The notes under the pieces: generated by a model
Database searches by the model: none
Told to the model about the DNA's origin: nothing
Seen by the model: the letters and a program-made list of their open reading frames with translations, nothing else
In this document: piece after piece, positions 31,782-42,251 of the stretch
How the letters are laid out: every line of letters starts with the position of its first letter
How positions within the stretch are numbered: the stretch's first letter is position 1
Source: Andalucia godoyi And28
Lineage: Eukaryota > Protista > Jakobida
Length of the DNA stretch: 64,000 nt
Direction: 5' to 3'
Assembly: GCA_009859145.1 (NCBI GenBank)
Contig: VRVR01000005.1
Location: 358,502 to 422,501, forward strand
Translations under genes and position numbers: made by a program

Positions 31782-33191
31782 ATGGCGCTTCCATATCGTG
31801 TTTCTGATGTGCTGTCTTCTCGACATCCGTATTCACAGCCGAACTTTTCTTCGTTGCGTGAATCCGAGTCGTTGGATGTACAGCTTGGATACGGGAATCG
31901 AGCGACAGAGCGAATCTTGGAGCTCTTGTCCAATGCACGCTATCCGTACAAGCAGTGCAAAGGATCGCTTCAGCTTTTGCGCTTGGAGTGCACAAGCTCA
32001 GAAGCACGAGTCAAGCTTGTCCAATCGCGAAATCTCGTTGTTCTAAACAATCTGTTTCTTCGATTGCTGCATGATCCGCTTGGAAGCACGAATTCTGCAG
32101 TGTCCGAAAGCCAGCCTTATAAAGCAGCGACGAGGAGTTCCGGTGCTTCGTCTGTCGATAGCGATGATGACAATGAGAGCGAGAACGAGAATGATGGTGA
32201 TGAACAGGATGAAGAAGGAGCAGTGGGGGTGGAGGAGGAAAAGAATTCATCTGGAGATACGTTTGCTGATTGGAGTGCAGTGTTTTGCGAGCTTTGTGCG
32301 TTTCAAAGTACGTTTGCGTCGCTTTCGGTTGGGGCTGAAGAGCTGAAGCGAATCGGATTCTTGAAATCGCTGAAGCAATTGGTTTCGCGACCAAACTTGA
32401 ATGCAGATTTGCTGGATTCAGCGTGCCTGATTGTCGAGGCGCTGGGGACGCATCAAGCCGGAGTCCAGTTGTTTGCAGCGAGTTGCAGAGCGGACAATGC
32501 TGACGAAGCAAGTTTCCCCAGCCTGCTTCTGGAGGTCCTGGAGCGCCCGACAGCCTTGCTGGAGACGTGCAGAAAAATCGTTTCGTTTTTCAGCCAGATT
32601 GCTGCTTATCCGGGGAGCCGAGACCTGCTGATTTCCAACAGCGCAGTGAAGAGCTTGCTCGTGCGTGCTGAGATGTGCATTCGAGATCCGCAGGCTCGCG
32701 AATCCCCCGAAACGCTGGTGGAAATTTCGTTTGCAGTATCCAATCTTGCCACTGACGCGAGCGCAAAGAGGATTTTTGCACAGCACACAACAACACTGTC
32801 GGCAATCCTTGTTGAGTGTTCTGCGAATCGTGCAGAACACACAATGTGCAGGTTTCTGGAAATGGTTTGTCTGACCGCTGTTGCAGAAGAAACGAAAAAG
32901 TTGTGTCTGGAAGAACGTCCGTTGCTCGTACTCAAGAAGGCGTATCCCAGTCTGTTACGAGTGTTGGCAAACTTGCTTCGAAAGTACGTGCAACACACAA
33001 AGGTTCAGGCTCTGATTGTCCAAGCGCTACGCTCTCTTGCAGAGTTTCCAGAGACCAAAGCAACGCTGTACGAATACTTGCAACTCGGAAGCGAAGAGGA
33101 GAAACACGCGCTCAACGACCTGGTTTGGAAAAACACAAGGCTGTTTAGTGCATTTGGGAGCAGTACCGAGGAACTGAAGCCTATTTTGTAA
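31782..33191 (+). CDS. Armadillo-repeat protein, radial spoke RSP14/RTDR1-like
   Basis: N-terminal VQLGYGNRATERILELL resembles the RSPH14-family A-Y-G-x-R-A motif and is followed by helical ARM-like repeats with an acidic insert. Confidence 0.5.
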   Translation: MALPYRVSDVLSSRHPYSQPNFSSLRESESLDVQLGYGNRATERILELLSNARYPYKQCKGSLQLLRLECTSSEARVKLVQSRNLVVLNNLFLRLLHDPLGSTNSAVSESQPYKAATRSSGASSVDSDDDNESENENDGDEQDEEGAVGVEEEKNSSGDTFADWSAVFCELCAFQSTFASLSVGAEELKRIGFLKSLKQLVSRPNLNADLLDSACLIVEALGTHQAGVQLFAASCRADNADEASFPSLLLEVLERPTALLETCRKIVSFFSQIAAYPGSRDLLISNSAVKSLLVRAEMCIRDPQARESPETLVEISFAVSNLATDASAKRIFAQHTTTLSAILVECSANRAEHTMCRFLEMVCLTAVAEETKKLCLEERPLLVLKKAYPSLLRVLANLLRKYVQHTKVQALIVQALRSLAEFPETKATLYEYLQLGSEEEKHALNDLVWKNTRLFSAFGSSTEELKPIL

Positions 33192-33255
33192 AGAAAAAAC
33201 CTCGAGAATTGACAGACTTGCTGCATCGCTCTATCATCATTACGTATGACGTTTA

Positions 33256-34044
33256 TTATTCCATGCGATGCGTCGCATGGCATTCCGTTTTCTCGTCCTT
33301 GCAATGTGCCGTTCCGAGTTGCAAGCTGTTCAGCAGCTCGAGAACAGAGTCTGCGTCTGGGCGTTTGCAAACCAACACTGGAGGGCAAGAAGCGTGCTGT
33401 ACTTGGCCGAGCGCACACTGCGTCGTCCTTCCCAGTGCGATGCACGTAGAGTACGAAAAGACATCGGGAGCCAACCTGTGCACCGTCTTGACTCCCGAAG
33501 GACTGAAAAACACTTGGGCAAGCGGCGGCTGATCCTGATCGCACGGAATCGAAAGCGTGCGCACGCCTTCCATTGTGTACGCAACAACCTCTTCAAAAGC
33601 CAATGCCTGCTCACGAAACAGCCGTGGAATGATATCCAGTCGTTGGTTTCCACAAAGGAATACGACTTTCAAATGCGTACGCTGTGACAGCACAAGATTC
33701 GCCAAGCTTGCGGCGTCCTGTCCCTCGGAGGGCGTGCGGACGTCCACAAAGCCCATCTCCAGTGCCGCCCTGCCCGTCGTAGGTCCAACAGCGTACAATC
33801 GTTTGCGCTTCCATTCCAACAGCTGAGCGTCGGGCAGCATGCCAAGGGAGGCCAGCGCCCGCTTTGAAGTGATGATCAGCGACTCGAAGAATTGGGGATC
33901 CAGCCGCGTAAACGAATCAAGTGTTTCAAACGTTGTGTCCAGCACAGGAATCGTAGTCACGCGGAAATGCGGCGAGAGTTTGGACAAGAACACGTCGGAA
34001 TCGGGGTCTTCTGGATTGTCTCGGTACATCCACACAGACCGCAT
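33256..34044 (-). CDS. UROS: Uroporphyrinogen-III synthase
   Basis: HemD blocks TIPVL, LIITSKRA, YAVGPTT, AASLA, VFLCGNQRLD, EEVVAY, VFFSPSGV and ALGRTT; about 260 aa. Confidence 0.9.
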   Translation of the reverse strand: MRSVWMYRDNPEDPDSDVFLSKLSPHFRVTTIPVLDTTFETLDSFTRLDPQFFESLIITSKRALASLGMLPDAQLLEWKRKRLYAVGPTTGRAALEMGFVDVRTPSEGQDAASLANLVLSQRTHLKVVFLCGNQRLDIIPRLFREQALAFEEVVAYTMEGVRTLSIPCDQDQPPLAQVFFSPSGVKTVHRLAPDVFSYSTCIALGRTTQCALGQVQHASCPPVLVCKRPDADSVLELLNSLQLGTAHCKDEKTECHATHRME

Positions 34045-34385
34045 TCGCCTAGGCAGTCTCTAATCACAGGCATCAGTAGACGTCCCAAAGACTGGAAAAA
34101 CCGCCCTCGATTCGAACACGCTGCTTTGTGGTACAAAATTTAAAAACTAGAAACGAAAAGAAAAAGGAAAAAAGTACTGGTGTGCTGCAGTGCCGTCGAT
34201 CGTAGTCTGATGGAGTCTGGGTAGGTCTACGGCAGTTGCTCTCGTTGTGTTTGGTCTGGACGGACCGCCGAGCGCAGACCGACACAGGAGGGGCGCAAAC
34301 TCGGAGTTTCGAATATCTTGGATCACGGTGAGATGAAAGCAAGGCAGAAAGGAAAACATCGGTATAATGCAAGCAAAAATGAAGC

Positions 34386-34391
34386 AAAAAA
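34386..34391 (-). terminator. Pol III oligo-dT terminator of 5S rRNA
   Basis: T6 on the minus strand directly at the 5S 3' end. Confidence 0.8.
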
Positions 34392-34506
34392 GTACAGCAC
34401 TGGGAATTCCCGAGTGGTCACCCACCTCAGTACTACTCCAGCCTGAGAGCACTTGACTTCGCAAATCGGACGGGATGCGGTATTTTCACTCTAGTATGGC
34501 CGTACC
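34389..34506 (-). rRNA. 5S: 5S ribosomal RNA gene (single copy within this window)
   Basis: Minus strand reads GGTACGGCCATAC...CATCCCGTCCGAT...GAAGTCAAG...TAGTACTGAGGTGGGTGACCACTCGGGAA...GCTGTACTTT, about 118 nt. Helix I (GGTACGGC/GCTGTACT) pairs, and box A- and box C-like internal promoter elements are present. Confidence 0.95.
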
Positions 34507-34761
34507 TGAGAGGCACGGTTGCTAGTCAGTTGAAGTACACCAACACAAAAAACAAAAAAAAGACGCAGTTGTGGCGATGAGCAGTGCAACCCCCCCGAAC
34601 GCTGGGAACGTCGAACGCGGCCGGGGGTGCGAGACGCCCACCTGGTCAATCTATGATAAGCCACACGTGGAGAGGAAAAACCGAGGAATAGTGGGCAAGG
34701 GAGATCGATAATATACAGTATGGAGCAAAATGGGAGGAATACAGTTACAAGCGCGCACATG

Positions 34762-37700
34762 TCAAGACGAATACGTTTTCTTTCGAGACACGACAACAAA
34801 ATCGTCCAGATCATGGTAGCTATCAGTGCCGTCTTCATGTGCAAGATTCGCATCGACCCATGGGTTTTGGCTGCGTAGCCGTTTCTTTTTTCTTGGCGTA
34901 GGCTCTTCAGGCTCGACAACAGAAAAGGAGGTCGACAACGACTGAAGAATCTCGCTGTCAAAATCGTGGAGATACGGACGCATGGCACTAAACAGACGCA
35001 CGGTCGTCGAGTTCGCCACGCACTGAAGAACAAAACAAGCGCACAGACGGGCTTCTTCCGAAGTCTTCAAATTCGAAATCAAAGACCGTACAAAGCCTCG
35101 CAGTTGCTTGCAATGCTCGATACGACTCGCGTTCTCTGGATTAAACAACAGCGCGACCAACTTGACATTGCTCGGAACAACACGCCCAACAACAAGGGGA
35201 AGCAATTCGTCGATCAGCCGCATCTGCTGATCCTCGGTAAACACAGACGTGTAATATTTGAACGTCAGCCGCTCGACAAATCGCAGCAGCGCAGACTGGG
35301 ATGCATAGGCAATGAGAAATCGACAAACGCGACGAAAGACCAGAATATGCGATACTACCTTCATCTGCAAAAGAGAAAGCAGAACGGACACAATGCTCAA
35401 GACGTCCTTTGCTGCATTTTCAAAGAATATAGGCGTCGCAGATTCGATGAGGTCGAGACACTTCGTGAGAACAGAGTTGCCAGCATTCAGCTGTACTTCC
35501 TGGACCAGCGCCATGGTGCATAAAGTCAGGATATCCGATGTGCGAAACAATTTCTTGCCATCAAACAAGCGGTATCCAAGGAATTCGAGCATTGGCGCAG
35601 GAATGGATCGTTCGTCCAAAGCCTCCATGCAGACGCTGTACCTCAAGACATCAATGAGAAAACCCCGAAACGTTTGATATACGGAGGCGCAATCTTGCAA
35701 GATTTCCTTCATGAAATGTGGATTCAAGTTTCGAGCGACATCAACAAGAGCCGGCGACAATGGTGGATAGGTTTCTGGAGACGACCACCACCAACGGCAC
35801 GTGATCAAATAGACCTCAAACGTCAGGCTCGCAAGTCTGGCATCCATGAACAAGTGGTCGCAGAACAGCGGTCCCGCAGACACATAGGCAAATGCCAGCA
35901 CATCGAGTCCCACTGTGTCATCTAGAGGCCTGCCGGCAAGCGCAGATGCCTGCCAGGCTTGGGACAAATCGGGCGCAAGTAACTTCACAATCGAAGATCG
36001 CCCAACCAGCTTGCGGAACAACAATGGATGGACAAACACAAAGGACGGAGGGCATAGCGATGGGTAATCTGGACGGTAAACCTCGGTACATTTCCCCAAA
36101 AGGTACCATCCGAGAACCAGCTGTTCTGCCATCTCCGTGGACCGGAGCAAAACCGCGCAAATCAGAGAATATGACATGCACAATACACGGAATACATCAA
36201 CAGACGGCGGCTGCTTGTAAACCCATTGTAGAAAGCGACGATCGACCAGGTAGGACGCCAGACGTGACACTACATCCTCTTTGCAGCCAGTCCCCGAGAC
36301 GCAGATGCATCGGTGCAACGTATCGAAAACAGACGGAATCGGGATGTCAATACCGCAGATCCTTGTAACTGGCTCTCCTCGGTCTGCAGTCCGAACGGCA
36401 TCGGAGAGAAACGAGAGAATCCGCGACAGATCGGAAACCATTTTCGATTCTGATGTCCCTTGCCAGCTGTTCCCTGGCGAGGAGGATACAATGCCGGAAC
36501 ATGAGATATAGCACGCCGAGTATGTGCAGAGGTAGCGAACGCACGGAGCATGAACGTGTTGCGCCATCATCCAACTTTGGATGTGCTGTGCATCCTCTGC
36601 ACGCTGGATGACCCTGTCCACGACCAACACGCGTGCCAGTGCGATGCATCGCATCATCGCAGTGGACTGTCGAAACGCTGACGATTTTCGAATCCACAGC
36701 AAGACGGCATCGCATATCGAGATCGAAGACCTGCAAAGAACAGAAATTGCGGAAAACAGAGGAGGAAGGGCGCTGTCTGTACATGTGGTGATCAACTGCA
36801 GCAGCCCCGTTCCAAATGCGGAAAAGGAGTCGGCGAACATGTCTGTTCCAAAGGAAGCCTCCAATACATCCATGAGCACACACAACGGGCTTGTTTGAAG
36901 CAGAAACTGGGAATTACCAACATTGGAAGCGGTTCGGTTGACGATGATCCGCATCAGACTGCGGGACAGAAATGGGAGGCGTAAGAGCACGGAAGCCAGA
37001 AAATCGCAGCACGTTTTCCTCCAGACAACGTGGTGCGCTGTATCATTGTCCAACAAACAGGCCAGCAGCTGCTCTGACAGCAGACTCAAAAACGCGACAC
37101 CAGAGAGGATGGAAACAACATGGCGCCATTCCGCGACATTCTCCATCACCAAGCCACTCAAGCAAGCCAGGCATTCTAGCCGCTCCGACTCGCAAGAAAA
37201 GCACAATGCCGAAAGAATCATCCTGGCCTTGGTGCTCCTCATGGACTTTTTGCAAGAATCCAGAAAACGAACAGTTGTGGTGCGACTTGACGACACGAGC
37301 GCAATGAGCGCTGGGGCAACAGAAGTTGCAAACGGTGCTGCTTCACACGTATTTTCGACTAGATCAAACACAAATGCGTGCCAAGGAGACACATTCGCAG
37401 AGAGTCTCACGGACGCCAAGTGCTGCGAAATTGCTCTCAGAACAGCAACGCAAGCATTCTCGCAATCCGAGCCGAGGAGCGTGGAAAACCGATCCAGCAG
37501 TACCTTGCGAACGAGTTCGTCGACGACCGGCGGCACTGGAGACAAAAACATGCATTCAAGGATCGGTGCAATGGAAGATGGCACGCATTTCGCGACCTGT
37601 TCTGGAAAGACACCCGAAACGTCAGCGACAACGTCCGCCGGAGAGGCATCCAGAAAGGCCATGAGCAGGTCAGAAGCAACGGCAGCATGGAACACATCTG

Positions 37701-38103
37701 ATTTTGGATGCGACAAGCTGGCGGCAATTTCCCTGATCTGAGAAATCAGAAACGGTCGAATCAGCATGTGCGACGCCACGGATCGCGCCAGACACTCGCG
37801 TAACTGCGAGACGAGACAATCGACAAATCGGCTTGAAACCCTCTCGCACTTCACAATAGGCTCCGTGATGCACAACACAAACTCTTCTGCAGCCGATTCT
37901 CGAAACAGAAAATACGCACAGCATGACTCGAGCAAGGACGATACGGAGCCATTCTCATCGCTGAATGCCAATGATCTGCACACGTCTCGCACCAGCAAAC
38001 ACTGCTCTTCATTTGAACAAGCAGACAGAAGTTCATCAATCGCCGACATGGCAGATCCACTGTTGTCGCGCAAGAACATCAAGAACGATGCGCTGTCCAA
38101 CAT
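34762..38103 (-). CDS. Large helical-solenoid protein, divergent FANCI-like
   Basis: LFSAISVLCRSSISICDAVLLWIRKS aligns by eye with the FANCI segment around the monoubiquitinated lysine ([26 protein letters not shown]). Length 1113 aa, all-helical composition, basic/acidic tail. Confidence 0.5.
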   Translation of the reverse strand: MLDSASFLMFLRDNSGSAMSAIDELLSACSNEEQCLLVRDVCRSLAFSDENGSVSSLLESCCAYFLFRESAAEEFVLCITEPIVKCERVSSRFVDCLVSQLRECLARSVASHMLIRPFLISQIREIAASLSHPKSDVFHAAVASDLLMAFLDASPADVVADVSGVFPEQVAKCVPSSIAPILECMFLSPVPPVVDELVRKVLLDRFSTLLGSDCENACVAVLRAISQHLASVRLSANVSPWHAFVFDLVENTCEAAPFATSVAPALIALVSSSRTTTVRFLDSCKKSMRSTKARMILSALCFSCESERLECLACLSGLVMENVAEWRHVVSILSGVAFLSLLSEQLLACLLDNDTAHHVVWRKTCCDFLASVLLRLPFLSRSLMRIIVNRTASNVGNSQFLLQTSPLCVLMDVLEASFGTDMFADSFSAFGTGLLQLITTCTDSALPPLFSAISVLCRSSISICDAVLLWIRKSSAFRQSTAMMRCIALARVLVVDRVIQRAEDAQHIQSWMMAQHVHAPCVRYLCTYSACYISCSGIVSSSPGNSWQGTSESKMVSDLSRILSFLSDAVRTADRGEPVTRICGIDIPIPSVFDTLHRCICVSGTGCKEDVVSRLASYLVDRRFLQWVYKQPPSVDVFRVLCMSYSLICAVLLRSTEMAEQLVLGWYLLGKCTEVYRPDYPSLCPPSFVFVHPLLFRKLVGRSSIVKLLAPDLSQAWQASALAGRPLDDTVGLDVLAFAYVSAGPLFCDHLFMDARLASLTFEVYLITCRWWWSSPETYPPLSPALVDVARNLNPHFMKEILQDCASVYQTFRGFLIDVLRYSVCMEALDERSIPAPMLEFLGYRLFDGKKLFRTSDILTLCTMALVQEVQLNAGNSVLTKCLDLIESATPIFFENAAKDVLSIVSVLLSLLQMKVVSHILVFRRVCRFLIAYASQSALLRFVERLTFKYYTSVFTEDQQMRLIDELLPLVVGRVVPSNVKLVALLFNPENASRIEHCKQLRGFVRSLISNLKTSEEARLCACFVLQCVANSTTVRLFSAMRPYLHDFDSEILQSLSTSFSVVEPEEPTPRKKKRLRSQNPWVDANLAHEDGTDSYHDLDDFVVVSRKKTYSS

Positions 38104-38153
38104 TCCACAAGCATTATCAAGTCAGTCCAAAACAACCTCTCTCTCTCTCTCTC

Positions 38154-38186
<33 letters not shown>

Positions 38187-38533
38187 TCAATAATAACAAC
38201 GAACTAAATAATAATAAACAAGCACGTCCAAAATGATAATAGAAAGAAGAAAAACATGAATCCCATTGTCTCCCATCAACTTCCCCATTTTGAGACAGCA
38301 CATTTTCCCGCGAGCTGAAACGAGAGAGCGCCTCATCCGAAAAGCCCGCGTCCATCTGCTGTCGCGTGAGTCTTTTTGAAAGTCGTTATTCCAAGTTCTA
38401 ACTGCGGTCCGCATATCCAGATTGTATTTTTATTTTTTTTTGATTTTTGTTGTCCTATGTTCGTCTTCTCTTTTTTTCAGTGAACCTTAATTTAGTTTAG
38501 TCTAGTCTAGTTTTTTTATGTGCGTATGGAATA

Positions 38534-41257
38534 ATGACGAGTACAAAATCTGTGCATTCCGAATTTGTGTTTCTTTCTCCGAATGAAATTGCGTCGCAGA
38601 TTGCAAAAGAGACTCATGATCGTCGAGTTGCGAGACTGCTTCAGGTTCGTGAACGGGAGCGTGTTTTGGCACAGCTTCGTCGCCGAGCCGCAATGGAAAA
38701 GCGTGAAAAGGATGCCGAAAAAGAGAATGTGGAATTTGAATTGAACTTCAAGCGTCAGAACCAGCAGAGAATTGCCGAACTGCAGTCGAAAAAACAAGTG
38801 CTGAAGAACCGGTTTGGAGAAGCGCATCGAAATGCTCAAAAAGAACTCGAGTCTCAGACGGACGCGGCTATTCGAGATGCTCAGACTATGCAGCTGCATC
38901 AAACCGTGTATGTCGAAAGGGCGAAAGAAGCCGTCGGGGAAGTGTATGAGTCGCAAATTGCGATGCAGGAAGCGTCGGCCGAGCGAGTAGATCGGCTTTC
39001 CATTGTCCGAGAAATTGAGGATCATCGAGCCAAGAAGGCGGCGATGAAGCAGAGAGTGGATCAGGCGGATGCAATTCGAAGAAAAGCAATGGAAAGAGCT
39101 GCCCTGATGCGGGCCAATGCTTTGAGAGACGTGGAATTGGATGGCGGTGGTTCGAGACATGTTCGCGTCATTCGGCACTCAAAGGCAACACCGCCGCCTC
39201 CACTTCCATTTGTTCCTCCGGTGGATCCCGCAGTGGAGAAAGAGAGGCAGCGGAAGATTCGCGAAAGAGAGTCCATTGCCTATGACAGAATTTCTGCGGA
39301 AAAGCAAAAGGGTATCTTCCAAAACGAGTTGCAGGATCTGTTGAAGAGCGATCGACTGAATGCGCTGTCCAAGGTGGAAAAGTCAAGGAAGAGACGGGAG
39401 TTCGCACGGAATGCGAAAGCAGCCACGGAGAGGTTTGAGGAGTTGTTCTTGCACGGAACATCGGCAGCGGAGGAAGACGAAAAAGAAGAGGATGGGAGCT
39501 CGACGCACGCAAGCAGTGTCGGTGCGCGGAAAAGAACAGCAGAAGCTGCTGCTAAATCTTCCCAGAGGCTGGTTGTTGCACAGCCAACGACATCCGCAAC
39601 AGACGAGTTGGGTGCGGATCTTCTGGGACGCGATGCACGGAAACAAACCGACGCAACAGGGTCTGCTACGCTTCGATCGCCGCGGCCCTTGCGACCCGTT
39701 CTTCCCGAGTTGGATACGGAAAGCGAGGAAGAGGACGGTGGAGAGGGTAAGGAAGAGGAAGAGGACGAGAGTGCCGAAATGGCAGAAGAGGATGAAGAGG
39801 ACTCCACATACAGTCCCTCGCCATCCAGAAGCTCAGAACAATCGTACTCGATTGATTCGAGTGAAGTAATGCATTCTTCCTCGGAGTTGCTGTCCAATGT
39901 GTCGTCCAGAAAAGGGCAGTCCCCGGCTTCTCACTCTCCGGCATCCAACATGCGTTTTGCCTCCCGGCCCTCGACGCCGGGCGACATTCCAACTTCTCCT
40001 TCGGACCAGTCCCCACTGTCATCACCTTCTGCTGATTCCGAACTGGAATCACCGTCTCTTGGCACGGAGCTCCATGGCCGCGGATCGGCCCACGATCGTC
40101 TTGGAGGACGACTTGGACATTTGCTGGACGATCGGAGTGTGTGGAGCGAGTCTTCGGAAAAGCTGTCGCAGGGTTCTTCTCTGGTCCCTCACAGCTTGCA
40201 TTCGGCGTCTTCTGCGTCCGGATCTTTGCACCCTTCGCCAGCAGTCAGCGTTTCTTCTCCTTCGCCATCGACCTCCCGCTCTGATCTTGAATCGTTTTCT
40301 CTGCTGTCCGATGTACCACCCTTCCGTTCCGGCGCAAGTGCAAGTATCCACACAGGCATTCGACAGCCTCGTAGGGCTATCGCACGACAAGAAAAGACTG
40401 CGAGTGTGTCTTCCAAATCTAGCTCAAACAGCTCCTTCCATCGTCCTCTCATATCCTTTGAGATGGACTCGTCGTCTTCGGAGTCTCGAACCTCCGGCCA
40501 GTCTTCAAAGCCCGCCTCGCCATCTTCGGAAATGGAATCATTCGATTTGACGCTGGACCGTCAGTCAGTCTTGTCTTCACCTGCCAGCTCTCCACAGTCG
40601 TCAGAGGTGCAGTCTTTCTCTCTCGACTCTATCAGCCCTTCTCCTCGCATCCGAAAGTCGCACTCTCGTGGTGCTGACAAAATCCCAGACAGCACTCCTT
40701 CCTATACACCATCGACGTCCGATGTCGAGTCTCTTGTTCAGGAAAGACTGCTGGAGGATGATCACTTGGAAACAGTGCCGTTTGGGCCGCGCAGTGGTGC
40801 ATTTTCCGAAAAGGCAGAGTTCGAAGGAACCGCTGCTCGCGAAGTAGGCGGAAGCTCGAAGGATCGGCTGCCGGGAGCATTTTCGGAAGCCACAGAGCTC
40901 GCCTTTTCGCTTCAGGTGCAGAGGGAGCCGGCGAATTCTCCTGAGCGACAAGCGCACCAGCTTCTGAATGCCTTGTCTGCATTTCGGAGGGAAATGTCGG
41001 TGCTCACCTCGGAAGCTGAGAGCACTCGGTCGTCGATTGATTCTGGTTTGTGGGTAACCGGAGTCTCCTCGAGACCCGCAGGTGCTCGAGAGCATCCCAC
41101 TTCAGATCTTTCTGCTGACGACAGCATAAGCACGCTCTCGTCCGGCCATCTTCCCGATCACTCCACATCTTCATCCCCGGGTCAACATTCTCTGAGTGAT
41201 GATGATGATGATGATGATGTTGATGACGATGGTACTGATATCAATGCATCCATCTAA
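38534..41257 (+). CDS. CEP295/Ana1-like centriolar protein (conserved N-terminal coiled coil plus Ser-rich disordered region)
   Basis: N-terminus LSPNE...RRVARLLQVRERER...GEAHRNA matches the CEP295 N-terminal pattern LSPNEE...RLLQVREQER...GEGHRQA. Confidence 0.6.
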   Translation: MTSTKSVHSEFVFLSPNEIASQIAKETHDRRVARLLQVRERERVLAQLRRRAAMEKREKDAEKENVEFELNFKRQNQQRIAELQSKKQVLKNRFGEAHRNAQKELESQTDAAIRDAQTMQLHQTVYVERAKEAVGEVYESQIAMQEASAERVDRLSIVREIEDHRAKKAAMKQRVDQADAIRRKAMERAALMRANALRDVELDGGGSRHVRVIRHSKATPPPPLPFVPPVDPAVEKERQRKIRERESIAYDRISAEKQKGIFQNELQDLLKSDRLNALSKVEKSRKRREFARNAKAATERFEELFLHGTSAAEEDEKEEDGSSTHASSVGARKRTAEAAAKSSQRLVVAQPTTSATDELGADLLGRDARKQTDATGSATLRSPRPLRPVLPELDTESEEEDGGEGKEEEEDESAEMAEEDEEDSTYSPSPSRSSEQSYSIDSSEVMHSSSELLSNVSSRKGQSPASHSPASNMRFASRPSTPGDIPTSPSDQSPLSSPSADSELESPSLGTELHGRGSAHDRLGGRLGHLLDDRSVWSESSEKLSQGSSLVPHSLHSASSASGSLHPSPAVSVSSPSPSTSRSDLESFSLLSDVPPFRSGASASIHTGIRQPRRAIARQEKTASVSSKSSSNSSFHRPLISFEMDSSSSESRTSGQSSKPASPSSEMESFDLTLDRQSVLSSPASSPQSSEVQSFSLDSISPSPRIRKSHSRGADKIPDSTPSYTPSTSDVESLVQERLLEDDHLETVPFGPRSGAFSEKAEFEGTAAREVGGSSKDRLPGAFSEATELAFSLQVQREPANSPERQAHQLLNALSAFRREMSVLTSEAESTRSSIDSGLWVTGVSSRPAGAREHPTSDLSADDSISTLSSGHLPDHSTSSSPGQHSLSDDDDDDDVDDDGTDINASI

Positions 41258-41420
41258 ATTCATATTTGTGCATATGCATGATTTTCAAAGAATGCAGACT
41301 CCAAACTGTCTGCGGCTGGTTCTTTAATTTCTGTAATGTTCTCAAGGACTACTATTGCGAATTTACAAAAGTACATATTCGATGAACGGGCTACATAACC
41401 TGGCATACTCATCAAAAACA

Positions 41421-42251
41421 CTAGGACTGCTGCAGAGGCTTCTTGTTGACAAGTTCGTCGGACAGACCATGATTGATGGTGCGATGCTCAGCCTCGTCGT
41501 CGCGAACAACACGAACGACGTCCTTGAGGGTGGCATCCGCGGGCAAATTCCAGTACACTCGAGCGATTTCGGGCGCAGGGGGATTGGGAATTTCTCCGTT
41601 TTCGAGCTGCTTTAAGTAAGCAGTATAGGAAGTGCATGCCTCTTCTTCAAGGTATCCCACGAAGCGATGTGCGGTCTTTGGCGACAACAGGTACATCCAA
41701 AAGTAGGCGTTGAAGAACACTGCCTGCGCAGTAATCACAAACGCTCGCTCAAGAATGTTCGGCTTCGCAACATGCATGAACGTCATCAGATGCATGCGTT
41801 CATTTTCAGCCTCGTCCAGAAGCTTGTTGATCCAGCCATGATCGTCGCCATTTCGTCGCAAACAGCTCAAGTGCTGCAGCATTCCCGCAACAAATCCCGG
41901 GACAGACGCCACCGTTTCGATGACAACTGCTCGCGAGCCATACCGTTTCGCGAAAAACATGTCGATCGGGACACGAAGCGCCTTCACGCCCATAAACGCA
42001 ATCTTGTCAGACAGCGTCTTTGGCTCATAGTGGATTGGACCCGTGTACTTGGTGACGTACGCGTCGTGGAACGGTACTTTGGTGCCGTCGCTGATCACTT
42101 GTGCCGTAGTGTGGATCATGCGCGAGAATGAATTCCGCGACAGCAACTGCGCCGCCTGCAACCGGTTCGGCGCAGCCACCATCGCTGCACGGTTCACGAG
42201 AGACGCAGAATAGACTGCTTTGCTCACAAGCATGGAACTCGACTGAAACAT
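41421..42251 (-). CDS. AOX: Mitochondrial alternative oxidase
   Basis: Di-iron motifs [20 protein letters not shown] and RDDEAEHR; Arg/Ser/Ala-rich N-terminal presequence. Confidence 0.95.
   Translation of the reverse strand: MFQSSSMLVSKAVYSASLVNRAAMVAAPNRLQAAQLLSRNSFSRMIHTTAQVISDGTKVPFHDAYVTKYTGPIHYEPKTLSDKIAFMGVKALRVPIDMFFAKRYGSRAVVIETVASVPGFVAGMLQHLSCLRRNGDDHGWINKLLDEAENERMHLMTFMHVAKPNILERAFVITAQAVFFNAYFWMYLLSPKTAHRFVGYLEEEACTSYTAYLKQLENGEIPNPPAPEIARVYWNLPADATLKDVVRVVRDDEAEHRTINHGLSDELVNKKPLQQS

Noticed and set aside
34190-34300. RNase P CR-V-like CATCAGACTAC downstream of the 5S gene
   Set aside because: No proper CR-I (GGAAnnUC) at a plausible distance; the partner GGTCTG is only about 70 nt away.
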